NCBI RefSeq assembly: GCF_009914755.1
Contig: NC_060930.1
Strand: one strand, 5' to 3'
Length of the DNA: 64,000 bases
From: the human T2T-CHM13v2.0 reference genome, Homo sapiens
The position numbers and the translations under genes are program-made. The notes below the pieces were generated by a model. The model was not told the DNA's origin, did not search any database, and saw nothing but the letters and a program-made list of their open reading frames with translations. This document shows positions 16,501-35,740 of this stretch, in pieces (positions within the stretch are counted from its first letter, which is position 1; each line of letters starts with the position of its first letter).

Positions 16501-17527
16501 CACCAGCCCAGCTAGGTTTGGAAAATGCCAGATGCCTTCACTATTCCACCGATGTGTTGATGCACATGATTAAAAAGCCAGGGGCATGCTCAGAGCAGGA
16601 GTACAAAAAGCAGACGTTTCTCCCTCAAGGGAGCTGTCTCCAGTGACCCAAGACTGCCATCATGCTGGGATCTGTGATGTCCTTTCTGCTCCCCACCCTC
16701 CTGGAGAGAAACCTGGCAGAGCTGCAACCTTGGAGCAAAGAGGCTTCCAGTCTGTTATTTTGACTTTTCTCAGCGGGGTCTTTCTCTGCCTAATTGCCCT
16801 GTTTACTCTTCCTGTTCTCTTTTAAAAGCCTGGCATTCAAAGTAGAACTAATTCTGTTTTAAGAGATTGCCAGGAAGCAACACGAAATCTACCTGCTTTT
16901 GAGTTTCACATTCCATTTTATTTCTTTCTCTAAATAAAAGCAGGGCATTTTATTTTGCGTTCCTCTGATATCTCCCTCTATTTTCTTGATTCTTCAGGCA
17001 GAACTCCCCGTGTTCACTGTTCCATCAATGAGGATGGAAAGAACACTTAAGCTTCTCTTGCTCTGTTGCTGGCCTAAAGCCATCCAGCATCTGTTTTGGG
17101 CCACTAGACAAATCTGGTCACAGCTCTGGGCCTGGAAGTGCATTGGAACATAGGCGATTAGTTCAGGTTTACCCTGACTGCTTCTAGAGAGTTCTAGGAC
17201 ATCATGAGCATATCATGAAAAAATATCTGGATCTCATTCTCCATTCTTGTCTTTTGCAACTCAGACTACTTCCAGAAAGGTTAACTTTAGGGTATTACTT
17301 GTAAACACTCTAAGGAATATGATATTTTACATGTCTTTCAGCATATTATTGATAGGAACATCAGTCAATGTTCCTTCATGTGTTTGTTGTTAGAGAATCC
17401 ACAAAGCCAATTAGAAAGTTGCTTTTCTGGTACCTCCCATTTCTTGCAAATACATACTCCTCACTGCTTGAATATGTAGCTTAAGTGTAATTAATCAATT
17501 TCAACTAACTAAATTGAAATTGAACAC

Positions 17528-17935
17528 TGTATTAGTTTTGCTAGGGCTGTGATAACAAGCTACCATAGACTGGGTGGCTTACACAACAGAAATTTATTTC
17601 TCATAGTTCAAGGGGCTGAAAGTCCAAGGTCAAGTTGTTCCAGGTTTGGTTTCTTCTGAGGCCTCTCTCTTTGGCTTGCAGACAGCCAGCCACCTTCTCA
17701 TTATATCCTCATGTGGTCTTTTCTCTATGTGTGTGCATCCCTAGTGTCTCTGTGTGTCCAAATTTCTTCTTCTTATAAGGACACCAGTCATTTTGGGTTA
17801 GGGTTTACCCTAATGGCTTTATTTTAATTAGTTATCTCATTAAAAGCTCTATCTATCTCCAAATATAGTCACAATCTAAGGTATTAGAGGGATTAGCACT
17901 TTTAACATATGAATTTTGGAAGGTCAGTCTCAAAT
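17528..17935 (-). mobile_element. MaLR solo LTR (MLT1A0/MLT1B-like)
   Basis: 'tgtattagttttgctagggctg', 'acaacagaaatttatttctcatagttc' and 'cttataaggacaccagtca'. Confidence 0.85.
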
Positions 17936-18205
17936 CCATCTCCCCGACCAACTGAATTGGGAGGTTTATACAGTGGGAAAGGAATGTAAAACAGGAATTA
18001 AGGAGGGGTAAGGAAGCAATTATGAAGAAAGAGGGGTCTGGCATCTCATTGAATGCAGGGTCTGATGAGTTTCAGTCCCTTGCCTAAGGGGGAACTCAGA
18101 TGAGACAAATGTAAACTACAAGTTTTAAGACCAGAAGGGACAATGTCTGTGTTTATTCAAAACCTCGTAAACATAATTTCTATGGGGCAATTGGTCTGGT
18201 TTTGC
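17936..18205 (-). mobile_element. ERV1-class LTR fragment (MER4/MER57 group, tentative)
   Basis: 'ggaactcagatgagacaaatgtaa ... ctatggggcaattggtctggttt' resembles the reverse of MER4-group LTR 5' ends. Confidence 0.4.
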
Positions 18206-18314
18206 CTTCACCCATGAACTTGGCTTTTAAAGCTGAACTTCCTGCATGATGGGCCTCCTGTGGCCTGCAGAGCTCCAGTTCCTTCTCCATAGAGCCCAGC
18301 CCAGGAAGATTTGG

Positions 18315-18425
18315 TTTGCAGATGAGAAAAATGAAACAATAAAGATCAAGTGACTTTCCCAAGCTCACATTCCAGCAAGTGACAGAGCCATGATTCAGAC
18401 CTCTTACTCAGCCCAGCCTTCCTTT
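18315..18425 (-). mobile_element. MIR fragment
   Basis: MIR core 'gcagatgagaaaa ... aagtgactttcccaagctcaca ... gacagagcca'. Confidence 0.65.
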
Positions 18426-19259
18426 CTTTACCCCACGTAGCCCATAGTCAACTATAGAATCAGTTGGAATCAATAACACCTCTGGCTTAGCATCCCGAAG
18501 GCTCACATCAGACCTTTAAAAAACATATTTTGAGAAAGTAGCCTCATCGGTCCTAAGTGTATTAAATCAACTGATTTGTCAATTGAGGATAGAATAATTT
18601 CTTCTTTTTCTGGTGACATAAATTTCTCACCTCCTTTAGGAAGAAGCATAGAGGAGGAATTCCGTATTTTCATCCTGATACCATTATGATTCCATTAATT
18701 AAATGGTGTGTTTCAAAGCCCTTACGGATCAGTCATGAAATTTCTGAGGCTCTGTGAAGGTCAAAGCCCTTTGTGGTCAGCACCTCTTATTTCCGTGGGT
18801 GAGTCAGAGGTTTTCTTCATGAATTGCCATAGCCTCACCTTTGATTTAAAATATTCAAAAAAGATGCTCTTAGTGTCTCTGATTCTTAAATCTATGATTC
18901 AGGGCCTTGTGCACTACTTCTTGTCATAGCCAAAACAGATTTTCTGAGGTTTTCTTTCATGATGAATTAGAAGTTGCTCTTGGATCTGACTTTGATCTCT
19001 GCTCTTGGTAGTTTCCTGAAAGTTTCTTCTAATTGATGAGTTAACTAGGAATCAGCCAATATATGGCTTTTATGACAAGGAAAGTTTACCTGCCTTTCTA
19101 CTCCTATTTGTCTGCCAGGAGGAAATGTGCCTTGAGTTCTCTGAAAAGCAACAGACTCACCATGGAAAAACAAGTTTTCTTTCTCTATATTTGTTAAATA
19201 CACATTCTTGAGAGCCCTATATCATAAATAATATTAAATATGTATCTCCTTATGCATTT

Positions 19260-24000
<4,741 letters not shown>

Positions 24001-24529
24001 CTCCTACTGCTTTCTTTACTTAGTGCGTGAGTAATAGTTTGGCTTCAGCTTTTAACTAATTTCTTTAGTATAGATGTCTCTAAATGGTTACTTGCCTCTG
24101 AAATTGATAAATCAAGAGCTCTGTCTCCATGACTTTAGAGATTTCTAGTAGGAAGAAGAGAATATTTGACTTAAAGAACTGCATCAAACAAATGCAAAAA
24201 TTCAATGATTTGTCTGAGGATCTGAGTCCTAAAAGTGTAGGAGAGAATGCACTATCCCACACTTAAGTCAGTCCGTTTGACAACACATTAGCTTCCATTC
24301 CTCCTGCCTACAAAGAGCAGGTATTGTCCCCAAGTGTTCCAAGAGACACCACCATCGCCAACAGTTAACCCTTCATAATCATTATCTTATTGCTCTTACT
24401 CATATTTCATGTGTCTGTCTATCCAGGGAGCACCATATGTAATTTGATTTAATACACAGCATGTAGAATGAATGATAAACTATAATCTCAAAGGAATTGG
24501 AAGGACATTATTAACAAAAATTAATTATC

Positions 24530-24750
24530 ACAACTACCATATATTGTGTGCCTGCTATGTGGTAGGTACTATATATGTAATATTTCTAATCCCAATAACC
24601 ATACTAAGAGGGAAACAGTCAAATTTCCATTTTACTGAGGCAGGAATAGTGAGATAAAGTATTGCTGAGGTCCCAGGCTAAGTGACAAGAAGGGGCAGAA
24701 TTTAAACTCCTATCAGATATGCTCAGAAGTGCTGTTCTTTCCACTATGTC
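24530..24750 (-). mobile_element. MIR
   Basis: 'tgcctgctatgtggtaggtact ... ccattttactgagg ... ggcagaatttaaactc'. Confidence 0.65.
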
Positions 24751-25829
24751 ATATTGATACCAGCAAATTCTGAAAAGGGAACAAAACCATGGGCTCTTGT
24801 TTATCTCCTGTTTTGCACTTTGTGGAGGAAAAGCCATCACTCTTCTCTCAGCAAGAGTTTCCTATTGTACAGATACTGTTATTTGATTCTATTATTGAAG
24901 GCTCTGATAGGATGCTCACACAAAAGGAGTCTCACGTCTTAGCATAGTTTGCTTTATGCCTCCTGAGACTTCCTCCTGTTCTGGTCCCAAATACTCCTGT
25001 AAGGCCTCCATTCTCATGCCATAGCTCCTGAGCAATGACTTACAGGAGCAACACGGAGACTCCTCCTAGAAAAACAGTGGGGATTCCAGCTTCAGCATAA
25101 AAAGTCTATATATATTTTACATCTTGCTACACTCAAATTTTAAAATAATCAGGTCAATAATCATACTCACTAACATTATATCTAATGTCAAAATTGTGTC
25201 TTTTGTTAATATAATAATTAAATAAAGACTGTTTAAACCTATGTCCATATAGCTATTCTAAGGGTTAATACAATTTTGCCTATAACTTGGAATATGATGT
25301 GAGAATAGTAAGATGTAGTTTGAAAACACTTTCAATTGTCTGAATTGAAAGAAAGCATTGCAGGTACAGAAAACAAATTGAGTCTGCCTGCAAATCACTT
25401 GCAGTATGAGATTTGGAGATCCTATTCAAAAAATGCTTTTTTCTCCCTATTTTTCTAGTTGATGGTCATATTAGCTCCTATCTTTTGTCAGTGGCTCATC
25501 TCCAGTTATCTTAGAAATATACCTGAAAAAAAAGAGAAGTTATTTTTCTTCCTATAAAAAAGGCACATTGAGTTATTCCTAGCAATCTCTAAATGGCAAA
25601 GTTGCTTCATTTTCATAATTTACCTGTGATTTTCTGGGACTAATAAGTTATATTTTGGCGATAGACAATAAATCAAATTTGAAAATTACAAACATTAAAA
25701 CTTCTAGTAATAATGTAAATATAGAGAAAGTAATAATGGTTTCTTTGCTATTTCTTTTGCTTATTGATTTTGTCTTTGTCAGGCATTTAATTTAAATTAT
25801 AATTGTAGAATGAGAGTTATCTGTCTGCT

Positions 25830-25960
25830 ACTTTCATCTCCCTACCATATTTTAAGCTCTTTGAGGCAGGGCCATGACAATAGTTACCTTTGTCTCTCAT
25901 GTCTGGTAGCATGTCTGACAAATGGTAGACACTTGTACTATATATTTAAATAAATGGAAG
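25830..25960 (+). mobile_element. L2 3' end fragment
   Basis: 'taagctctttgaggcagggcc ... agcatgtctgacaaatggtagacact'. Confidence 0.55.
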
Positions 25961-26199
25961 TTCAAAAATATTTCATTTCCTAAAAATTTCACAAAGAAAC
26001 ATTGTCAGCTTCACTGTGGGAGAGTCACATGAGAGTTTATTGATGGTTCTTCACTATATATAAATTTTGCTTAATTTAAAAATTTTTAAACTAAAAAAAT
26101 ACAACAAATACCTACATTACTGCCACCCAGCATTAGCAGTGGTTACTATTTTATTGTATTTGTTTCCTTTAAATAGAAAAAAACAATCACAGATATAGC

Positions 26200-28110
26200 G
26201 AAGACCTTTTTTAATGGCCGCTGCTCTGGGTTTATGTTCTTTTTTTGTTGGAGTACATCCTCAAGTGAGGTCTGTTAAAGAAAGTTCTTTTAGATTATGT
26301 CTATCAGAAAAGTTTTTACTCTATCTTCATTCTTTGCTGGTTAGTATATGATCTTAGATATACAGTTTTCTTTCAGTGATTTGAAGATATTATTCATTCT
26401 TCTCTACTTTAATTGTTGACATTGATATATGCGTGGTTAGTCTTATTCCCTCCACGTTAACAAACAGTATTTTATGTCTACTTTCTTCTAAGATTTTCAG
26501 TATTCCACTTACTAATTATGTTAGCTGTGGATCTATTTTATCTACCTTGTCTTGGATTAACAAATTCAAAGATTCCTTATTCTGGTGGTTCATATCTTTC
26601 ATCAATTTTGGAAAATTCTCAGTTGTATCTTAAAATAGTACCCCTTCCCAATGTCTCTATTCTTTCCTACTGAAACAGTGTTTAAAAATTAAAAAGATGT
26701 ATGTTGCATCTTCTCATAGCCTTTCTGTCTCATTATTTCCCTTTTATATTTTCTACTTATTCAATTCTTTTGATGAATTTGGCTACATTCTTGAGCTTGA
26801 TTTTGCTTTTATTACTTATCTATTTAGCTGTACCTAATTATCCTTTGGCTTATCAACTTAGATTTTAATTTTATAGATGAATTTACATTTCTTCCATAAG
26901 TATTTAATAATTTTAACTTTTGAACCTATATTTCCTAATTTTATTTTCTCAGGTTCTTAGGGCATTAAGTCGACTTTTGATTGTGTCTGTTAGATTTGAC
27001 TTATAAATAATTCTTTCCTTGTGTGTCTTCTATTTCAGAATTGGGAGCTCATGTTTTGTTGTGCATGATTTGTGAGACCTTGTGTACTTTGAAGATGGTA
27101 TATTCTTCCAGAGAATATATCCATCTCCTTATGTATGAATTATCACCATCTTGGAACTATTTGTATGCTGATTTCTCTCCCTCTGGGTTATCAGATGATA
27201 TTAGTAGTGTAAATTCAAACTCTAAACTGTATGAACACAGGCATGAGCTCTCAGGGGAGAATTTTTTTCTTCACCAAAATACTAACTTTAGGCAAACAAG
27301 AGATCTTGTCATCTCTCTGGGCTGATGGATAAGGTTTTTCTAATCCACCCTTTTATAGGAGCTAGAGCCCATCAAGAGTCGTGGCTTCATGAGAAGGTCT
27401 TTGGTTCCAATTCTTTGCCTCACATGAGCTCAAGGCCTTAATTCCTATTCCTGTGTGGCTGTTGGAGCCCAAGCCCCCTGATAACCAGACAATGCACCTT
27501 CACGCCGTGCAGCCAAGACATCAACTTCTGCTTGCTGCTTGCTTTTAAGTGTCTTCTTTGTTCTGGCCCATGGGAAATTACTGTTCTTGGGAGAAATTTA
27601 TTATGTTTTCCAGAATTTCTAGTGTTTTGTAAGGGAAGAGAGTATTTCCAGTTATTGGTAGCATACTGCATTGCCAGAAATGAATGAGTCTATTGGGTTT
27701 TCTATATAGATAATCTTATTTTCTGCATTGAAAGACACTTTTATTTCTTCCTTTCAAGGATATGTGCATTTTTTCTCCTTGTTTAATTTGCCAGAAACTC
27801 CAGTCTTGAAATTAATGGTAATTTCATCATTCAGAATAAGATTGGTTATAGATTTTGGGTAAATTTCTTTAATCAAATGAAGAAAGTTATCTTCTAAACT
27901 CAATTTCCTAAAAGCTCTTTTTAAATCACAAATGGGTTTGAATTTATTACATGATTTTCCTGTATGTGTTAAAATCACTACTTTTTTCTCCATTAAACTT
28001 TGGATTTTCTAAAGTTAATAGTTTTTCTAAACCATCAAAACATTGATAGTTTTTCTAAAGCTGAATGATATTTTGATTTTTGGGATGAACCCAAATTGAC
28101 TATGGCATAA
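26200..28110 (-). mobile_element. Highly diverged L1ME-type fragments
   Basis: 'ttgaagatattattcatt', 'tctttcatcaattttggaaaattctcag' and 'atcaaatgaagaaagttatcttcta'. Confidence 0.6.
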
Positions 28111-28260
28111 TTTTCCCTCATTTTCCCTCCAAGTTTTTACTTTAAAAAATTCAAACCTATAGAAAAGTTAAAATCAGTAGTACAGTGAGCAACCATATAC
28201 CTTTCATGCAGATTTGTGAACTTTTTGTCATATTTGATGTCTTTCTCTCTCTGCATAAAC

Positions 28261-28289
28261 ACACACACACATACACACACATCTATCTA

Positions 28290-28331
<42 letters not shown>
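28261..28331. repeat. Compound microsatellite (CA)n + (TCTA)n, about 12 TCTA units, probably derived from the Alu tail
   Basis: Read directly from the sequence. Confidence 0.95.
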
Positions 28332-28482
28332 ATTTGGAACAGTGTTTTGCTGTGTTGCCCAGGCTGGAGTGCAGCGGCACAATCACGGCTAACTGCAGCC
28401 TCAACCTCCTGGGCTCAAGTGACCTTCCCATCTCAGCCTTCTGAGTAGCTGGGACTACAGACACACACCACCATTCCTGGCT
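28332..28482 (-). mobile_element. Alu right monomer (FRAM/AluJ-like)
   Basis: 'gcccaggctggagtgcagcggcacaatcacggctaactgcagcctcaacctcctgggctcaag'. Confidence 0.85.
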
Positions 28483-29264
28483 GTATCTTTTCTCAACCAT
28501 TTGAAAGTAATTTATAACCATGTTACACTTCTATATATTTTAGCACGCCTCTCCTAAAGACATTTTCCAAAATTACAACAATACTATTACTCAGGAAATT
28601 TATTACATGCCATCTGTAATAAAGGACATTAAATACATTCCCTAATTTCTATTTCTAGATTCAAATATAAATATTTATGAAACACTGTTGCTATGTCAAG
28701 CCCACAACTGGCCACAGAATAGAATAAAATGCAAGTGCAAAAATGTATTGTTTGACAGATTGACAGTGACACATCCATGGGAAAAAAACACAGACCTCGC
28801 CTTGGCTTTGGCAAGAGGTAGGTCCCTGCTGACTTTAACAGGAACTACTCCAGGCAAATGGTAAATAGAAAAGCCTTTATTGGAGTGGATGAAAGAGAGA
28901 AAAAGATGGGAGGAGTTGGGAACAGTGTGGCCAGAAACCCTTTTGGGAAATTTTGTCATGAAGAATAGAGAAATAGATAGTGGCTAGAGGGGGACACGAC
29001 ATCATAGAGGTTTTTAAAGAATTGGGTCATATTAAGGCATGATTTTATGTCTATGGAAATAATCCAGTAGAGAAGAATATATTGATAATGAAGGATAAAA
29101 AAGGTTAATTGTACAAGTGAAATTCTTGAGAAAGTAAGAGTGCATGAAGTAAATGGAGCGAGAGCCTGAGCTAGAGAAGGGAGGTTCTTTCATTGTAACA
29201 GAAAAGCAGTCAAAGCATGGGCCACGCACAAAGACCTTTGTGCAGGGATGAGGTTGTCTTAGGC

Positions 29265-29506
29265 CAGATATTGGCAAATGTTTTCTCTAAGGGGTTAGAC
29301 AGTAACTATTTTAGGCTTTGTGGGCCATGCTTCCTTCATTGCAACTATTCAACTGCCATTGGTGCATGAAAGCAGTCACAGACAGGACATAGACAAAAGT
29401 ATGTAGCTGTGTTCCAAAAACTATTTTATAGACATTGAAATTTGAATTTTCATGTGTTGCAAAATAATTTTTCCCCAATTGTTAAAACTATAATTTGCAG
29501 ACCCTG
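29265..29506. mobile_element. MER58 (B-like) hAT MITE
   Basis: 'ttggcaaa ... agtaactattttaggctttgtgggcca ... gcaactattcaact ... gctgtgttcca ... tttgcagaccctg'. Confidence 0.8.
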
Positions 29507-29655
29507 TTCTACACTGATGGCTACTGTCTTTTCCATTATGTGTGAACCAGAGCCATTGTCAGCTGAAAGCGTGGAGGGGGGATAAGATGTTAAAATTGGA
29601 GGGATGTTACAGAAAATCAGAGCCAGATAGTTAAAGTGGTAAAAAGATTTTATTA

Positions 29656-29986
29656 GGCTGGGTGCGTTGGCTCACACCTGTAATCCCAATACTTTGGGAG
29701 GCTAAGGTGGGCAGATTACTTGAGCTCAGGAGTTCAAGACAAGCCTGGGAAAAGTGATGAAACCCTATCTCTCCCCCAACCAACCAAAAAAAAAAAAAAA
29801 TTAGCTGGGCATGGTGGCATGTGCCTGTGGTCCCAGCTACTCAGGAGGCTGAGGTGGAAGGATCACTTGAGCCCAGGAGGCAGAGGTTGCAATGAGCCAA
29901 TATCACAGCATTGTACTCCAGCCTGGGTGACAGAGTGAGACCCTGTTTCAAAAAAAAAAAAAAAAAAGAAAGAAAGAAAGAAAGAA
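29656..29986 (+). mobile_element. AluJ-like element with (GAAA)n tail
   Basis: 'aggatcacttgagcccaggagg' and 'gagaccctgt'. Approximate TSD aaaaagatttta / aaaacgatttta. Confidence 0.93.
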
Positions 29987-30152
29987 TGAAAAACGATTTT
30001 ATGTAGGAAATATTGTAATAGGAGAAAAAAAAGAGACCTCAGGATTGATCTGGACTCAATTCCAAATATAAGTGGGAATTTATAGCCAAGGAGCAAGTTG
30101 GGGTGGCAGTTGGGCAAGGTTGGTGGATGAAAAATTACTAAGAGGAGATATT

Positions 30153-30473
<321 letters not shown>

Positions 30474-32224
30474 TCAGGGGTTGGAAGAGTAGGAGGAATT
30501 CTTGCTAAACTGATCTAACAGGATCCTTGATGAAGTCATGCCAGGGTGATCAGATATCACTTGGCCGATAGTAAGGAAGTGAGGATTTGATCAGATACCA
30601 AAGGTAACAGATATCAAGAGTGAATGATTCTTACTCAACTGACTTTGTATGATTCTTGCTGAAACTGGGCTATGCAGGCCTGAAGACAAAGCCCAAGGAC
30701 AAGGCCTAGTTGAGAAAATGGCTTAGGGGCGACTCACTAAACTTTGGTCAAGGAGAGGCTTTGTCAAGGGAGAGGAGAAGCTATTAAATAATCATTTTGA
30801 AGAGAGGCAGATAAAATTTATTAAGGGTCTATAGTAGCACTATTTTGCCAAATTAATTGTCAAATTTCTATTTGTAGTTTAAAAAGATTAAGGTGAGTCT
30901 AGTCAGCACAGGAATCTGATTTTCTCCAGAAGCATTCAGCTGATTTGGCAAAGGTGAAGAATGAGTGGTTACTTAGGTACTATCAGAACTAGGTGTTGCT
31001 AAGGGGGTTAAAAGGAGAGAAAGAAGGGCAAGGAAATTAAGAGTATTTGCTCTACTTTGAATCCCAAATAACTTCAGAGAGAAATGCGTACACTAAAGGC
31101 ATATTATTCAGGGAAAAAAATATGATTGGGGGTTGCAGTGAGGTCAGAACCTTACTGGAATGGAATTACTAGGGTACACTGGAAATACTGAAATTGAGTC
31201 TCAGAGAGAGGGGAGTCAAAAGATAGTTTATAAATATGTAGTCCTTCATGATGACAAGATATGGCCATGAGTTGCATGGCTGAGGCAGGGCAGAGAGAAG
31301 AATAATTGGGGCTGAGAAACATCAAGAACCTGAAAAAATGTTGAAAATGGATGTTGCACAAGAAATTATGCCAAGATGAATGGTGGAGAGTTAGGCAGCA
31401 AAGCAAGTGCCGAAGCAAGGGGGAAAGATCAGGAGACCATGTATGAGGCAAATAGGAGTGATCAGGGGTTTTGAAGTCAGCCGACATGCGGTTCAAAGGG
31501 GCAGGTGAAATAATTTTTGTTTTATTTTGGTGGTTTGTTTCCAGAAAGGAAAAAGGACCTCCTGCCTTACAACATCTAGGCACATATTTATTGTTTGTTT
31601 TGGTTGGATGCTTCCATGAACTAAATATTCTAAATGAAATGCTTCTTTTTGGGTCTGTTTAAAACGTTTATATGGTCTTCTCATTGATTATAATTCCTTT
31701 AAGGCCACAATTCTTTTTAACTGTGTCATACAAATGAGAGACCCAAAAGTAGCTAAAACCTCCCTATTCTTTAAAAAATCCAAAATAAAATTCAAAGTAA
31801 AGCATGTAAAGAAGAGCTTGGCTGCATATCTGCATTTTATTGGTAAGATGTGTGACTTTCCCTTTGTCCTGTCTCACAAGAATCAATAAGTAACTGCAAA
31901 TACAACACACAGAAATGGGAAAAAATAATTTTCCTTTTTGTGCTAAAGCCACACTGGTTCTTTTGGTAGTAGAAGACTAGAAATCACCCCAAAAAAGCTC
32001 TCTTGCTACAGTTACAAATCACAGCACAATTGTTGAGTTACACAGTATTCGTTGACAGGCTTGGAAGGAATCAATGTGCCATACCACCCTTAGAAGGCAG
32101 TGAGGCCATGCTAGTTAACGTTAGGCCTAGGCAAAAAGAGAACTGAAATGGTTAATTGTTTCAGTTCAACATCTGCTAAGCACTTGGGAGTAAAATGTTA
32201 AGACAAGGGCCAGATTCTTCATGG

Positions 32225-33175
32225 ACCAGATTCTTCATCAAAAAATTGAAAACTTATATGAAATGAACTTTTTTAAAGGAAAATTATGGAGTAGCATAAT
32301 TGAGTTGAAAAGAACAAATAGAAAACCTGCATAGACCAATGACCATCAGAGAAATCAAATAGTAACAAAAATTTCTTCCTCACCTACTCACCCACCCAAA
32401 AAATACAGTAGGCTGTTTATAGGCAATATTTTGCAAATTTTCAAAGAACAGTTAAACCACATCTTATTTTAAAAGTTCCTAAAAATTTAAAAAGAGCTAA
32501 AGCTTTCTGACGCATTTTTATTACCCTGTTATAAAAACTTGAAAAAGTACAAGAAAATAAAATTGTGGGCCAGGAAATTGAATATAACAATGTATTACAA
32601 ATAATCATCATAACCAAGGTGATATATTGCTTTATGAAATGATAGTTCAACTTTAGAATAGCTGTCAATATAATGTTGCATATTACTTGGAGATTAACAA
32701 AGAAGAGCCATATGCAGGAAAAAGCATTTGATAAAGTTCAACACCAATTTATGATGAATCTGTTAGCAATAAAAACTTTTAGCAAACTAAGAGCAGGGTG
32801 AAACTTCCTTAATTTGCTAAAGGATATATCAAGTATCAAAAGTAAATGTGATGCCTAATGGTAAACTCTTAGAATGTATTTCCATTAAATTTAGGAATAA
32901 AACAAGAGGTCTGCTTTTCCTATTATTAAAGTATAGGTCCTAGTCCTTTCAATAAGAAAAGGAAATAAAATGAAATGTATGAAGATTGGAAAGAAAGAGG
33001 TAAAACTGTCATTGCTTGAAAATTTTGTCATCTCTTAAGCAACAAACTAAGAGAATAAATGGGAAAATTCTTTGGGCTAAAAGAGAGCTCAACAATATAC
33101 AAACTTCAATAACGTTTCTTTATACCATAAATAAGTAAAAAATATAATGAAAAAACAATACTATAAAAAATACAT
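32225..33175 (+). mobile_element. Old L1M ORF2 (RT region) fragment
   Basis: 'gcaggaaaaagcatttgataaagttcaacacc', 'gaagattggaaagaaagaggtaaaactgtcatt'. Confidence 0.7.
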
Positions 33176-33642
33176 GAGTCATTTTCAGGAGCTAAACTGC
33201 GGCAAAGCTGAGGGTTTAAAAAGATTAACTTCACCACAAGGGGAAAAGTGAAACCAGAAGAGAGAGTCAAACACTGGAATGTTTTCAATTACTTATTCTA
33301 TGATTGGTTTGCATTTAGACTCCTTTTCTTGAAGCAGGAGCTTAGTCATGTTAATTCTAATAACTCACACCAGCAGATCCTTCTGATTGGAATGCCCTCC
33401 CTAGTATCTGCTTAGTTATCTCCCACAAAGACAGCTCTTCCAGTTTTTGGAAGCTCTTGCTGTATCTCATTGATCTATGTAGCTTTAGTGTTTAACACAG
33501 CACAATGTTGGGCACATAGGAGAAAGCTTGTCATATCTTTCTTTGTTGACTGTCTGATGCTCAGAAGAGGAAGACTTTTTGTGTACTTGTTTTTATGTTT
33601 GTGTATTTGGTCACTTTACTCAATATATTGAAAGTGTTTTGT

Positions 33643-33934
33643 GGCCAGGCACAGTGGCTCATGTCTGTAATCCCAGCACTCTGGGAGGCCTAGGCATGTG
33701 GATCACCTGAAGTCAGGAGTTCGAGACCAGCTTGGGCAACATGGCAAAACCCTGTCTCCACTAAAAATACAAAAATTAGGCAGGCATGGTGGCACATGCC
33801 TATAGTTCCAGCTACTCAGGAGGCTGAGGTGGGAGGATTGCTTGAACCCGGGAGGCGGAGGTGCAGTGAGCCAAGGTTGCACCACTTCACACTCCAACCT
33901 GGGTGACAGAGTGAGACTCTGTCTCAAAAAAAAA
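33643..33934 (+). mobile_element. AluJb/S-like element
   Basis: Full Alu with TSD aaagtgtttt. Confidence 0.93.
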
Positions 33935-34587
33935 GTGTTTTTTGTGGTGCTGTATATATGTGAAGAGTCACACATTGGGATTTTGTCTCTAAAAATAAGG
34001 TAACTTATAATACTCAGGAGACTACTTCTCTGCAGAAGCTTTAAGCCAAGGATACTGGGTTTGTGTTTGTGATGAAATGTACTTTTCTCTGGAAAAGGCT
34101 GAGTAGATGGGTACTTCAAAATAACATCAGGCCTACAGGCTACTGAAAATGTACCTACTCATGGATTCTGTGTAGGCCTTTAATGCTTTGAATGTGAACT
34201 GCATACTTAGTCATTCATTTGGAGCCTTCTCTCAAGCTTTTGTTCTGAAGTCACCAAACTGAGATTGAGTTTCCTAATGCTGTTTTCTTCCTTAAATGAT
34301 CCCTTTCAGTTGCTTCTAATAGAAGATTGCCTTTTCCAAAATGACTTACTCTCAAAAAGGGATACTTCAAGGGAGTTGAGTTTTGCTACACTACTTGCCC
34401 TATAGATTTGCTGGTACCTTAATTCATTCCCTTTTTTCTTTATGTTTCTTTTTTTATTCTAATAGGATAGTAACAATAACATATTATGTTTATACATTGT
34501 TTTATAGCTTATAATTTTCCATATACTTGAAAATTTTAAAAATCACTTTTTTCTTTTTTGCCTTCAAATAACATCTTACTTGGAAGT

Positions 34588-34935
34588 TGATACACTTTGG
34601 CTGTGTCCCCACCCAAATCTCATTTTGATTTGTAGCTCCCATAATTCCCATGTGTTGTGGAAGGGAGCCGGTGGGAGATAATTGAGTCACGGGGTGGTTT
34701 CTCCCATACTGTTCTCATGGTAGATAAGATCTGAGGGTTTTATAAGAGGAAACCCTTTTTGCGTGGCTTTCATTCTCTCTTGTCTGCTGCCATGTAAAAT
34801 GTGCCTTTTGCTTTCCACCTTGACTGTGAGGCCTCCCAGTCATGTGGAACTGTGATTCCATTAAAACTCTTATTCTTTATAAATTACCCAGTCTCAGGTA
34901 TGCCTTTTTCAGTAGTGTGAAAACGAACTAATACA
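34588..34935 (+). mobile_element. THE1 (B/C) MaLR solo LTR
   Basis: Runs tgatacactttggctgtgtccccacccaaatctca to gaactaataca. 5-bp TSD gaagt / gaagc. Confidence 0.92.
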
Positions 34936-35409
34936 GAAGCTTAAAATAAATAAATGGATTAAAGAGCTGAGATGCGCAGGTTAACATGTGTGTATGGTAG
35001 AGTGTGGGAAGGAAATTATGTCTCAGTGGACTAAGGGCTCTGCCACTTCTAGCTGCATACATCAAACTTCAAAGCCACTGACATATACTTTTACCACTAC
35101 ACTTCAAACTACATAGGGCAGGCATTTTTAATTCAAGTTTTTCAGACAACTGAATTTAAGCAATTTGTTTAAACTCTTACACGTGATAAGTACCAGAGCC
35201 AAGATGGGGGCTGACACCTCATCAAACAAACTCAATACTCTTTCACATACACGATAGATAATTATAGCCTGGACAGAACTGAATCTCACATATGACATGA
35301 GTAACATATATACAGTTTAGTTAAAGTTATTATACTCATAAATATTTTTCTTCAATTAAAAATTTGTCCAACTTTTTAAGTAAATTGTGTATGTATGTAC
35401 ATACATTTA

Positions 35410-35740
35410 ATGGGCAGTTTTGTAATCATTAAATAGAATTAAGCACTCTCTATATACTGATATAAAATAATTTCAAAGACATACTATTCAGTTTTAAAAA
35501 GCAAATCAGAATAGTGCTATTATTTGTGTAAAATGTATGTATGTGTGTATGCATGAATGCATATGATTGTGTCTAGAGTATGATGGAATAAATAAGCCAA
35601 AAACTGTTGGACACTAATTTCTTCCAGGAGGGGAACAGGGTGACTGGGGATTAGAAGTTAGAGGGAAAATTTTTTTTTCACTGTATATCATTTGTTGCCT
35701 TTGAAATTTTGTACCATCTGCATTTAATCACAAAAAAGTC
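35410..35740 (+). mobile_element. L1ME 3' end fragment
   Basis: 'gcagttttgtaatcattaaa ... atttcaaagacatactatt ... ttttgtaccat'. Confidence 0.5.

Noticed and set aside
32208-32240. Short tandem duplications (ccagattcttcat twice; also tttatcctagc twice at about 54556)
   Set aside because: Ordinary slippage-type duplications with no further structure.
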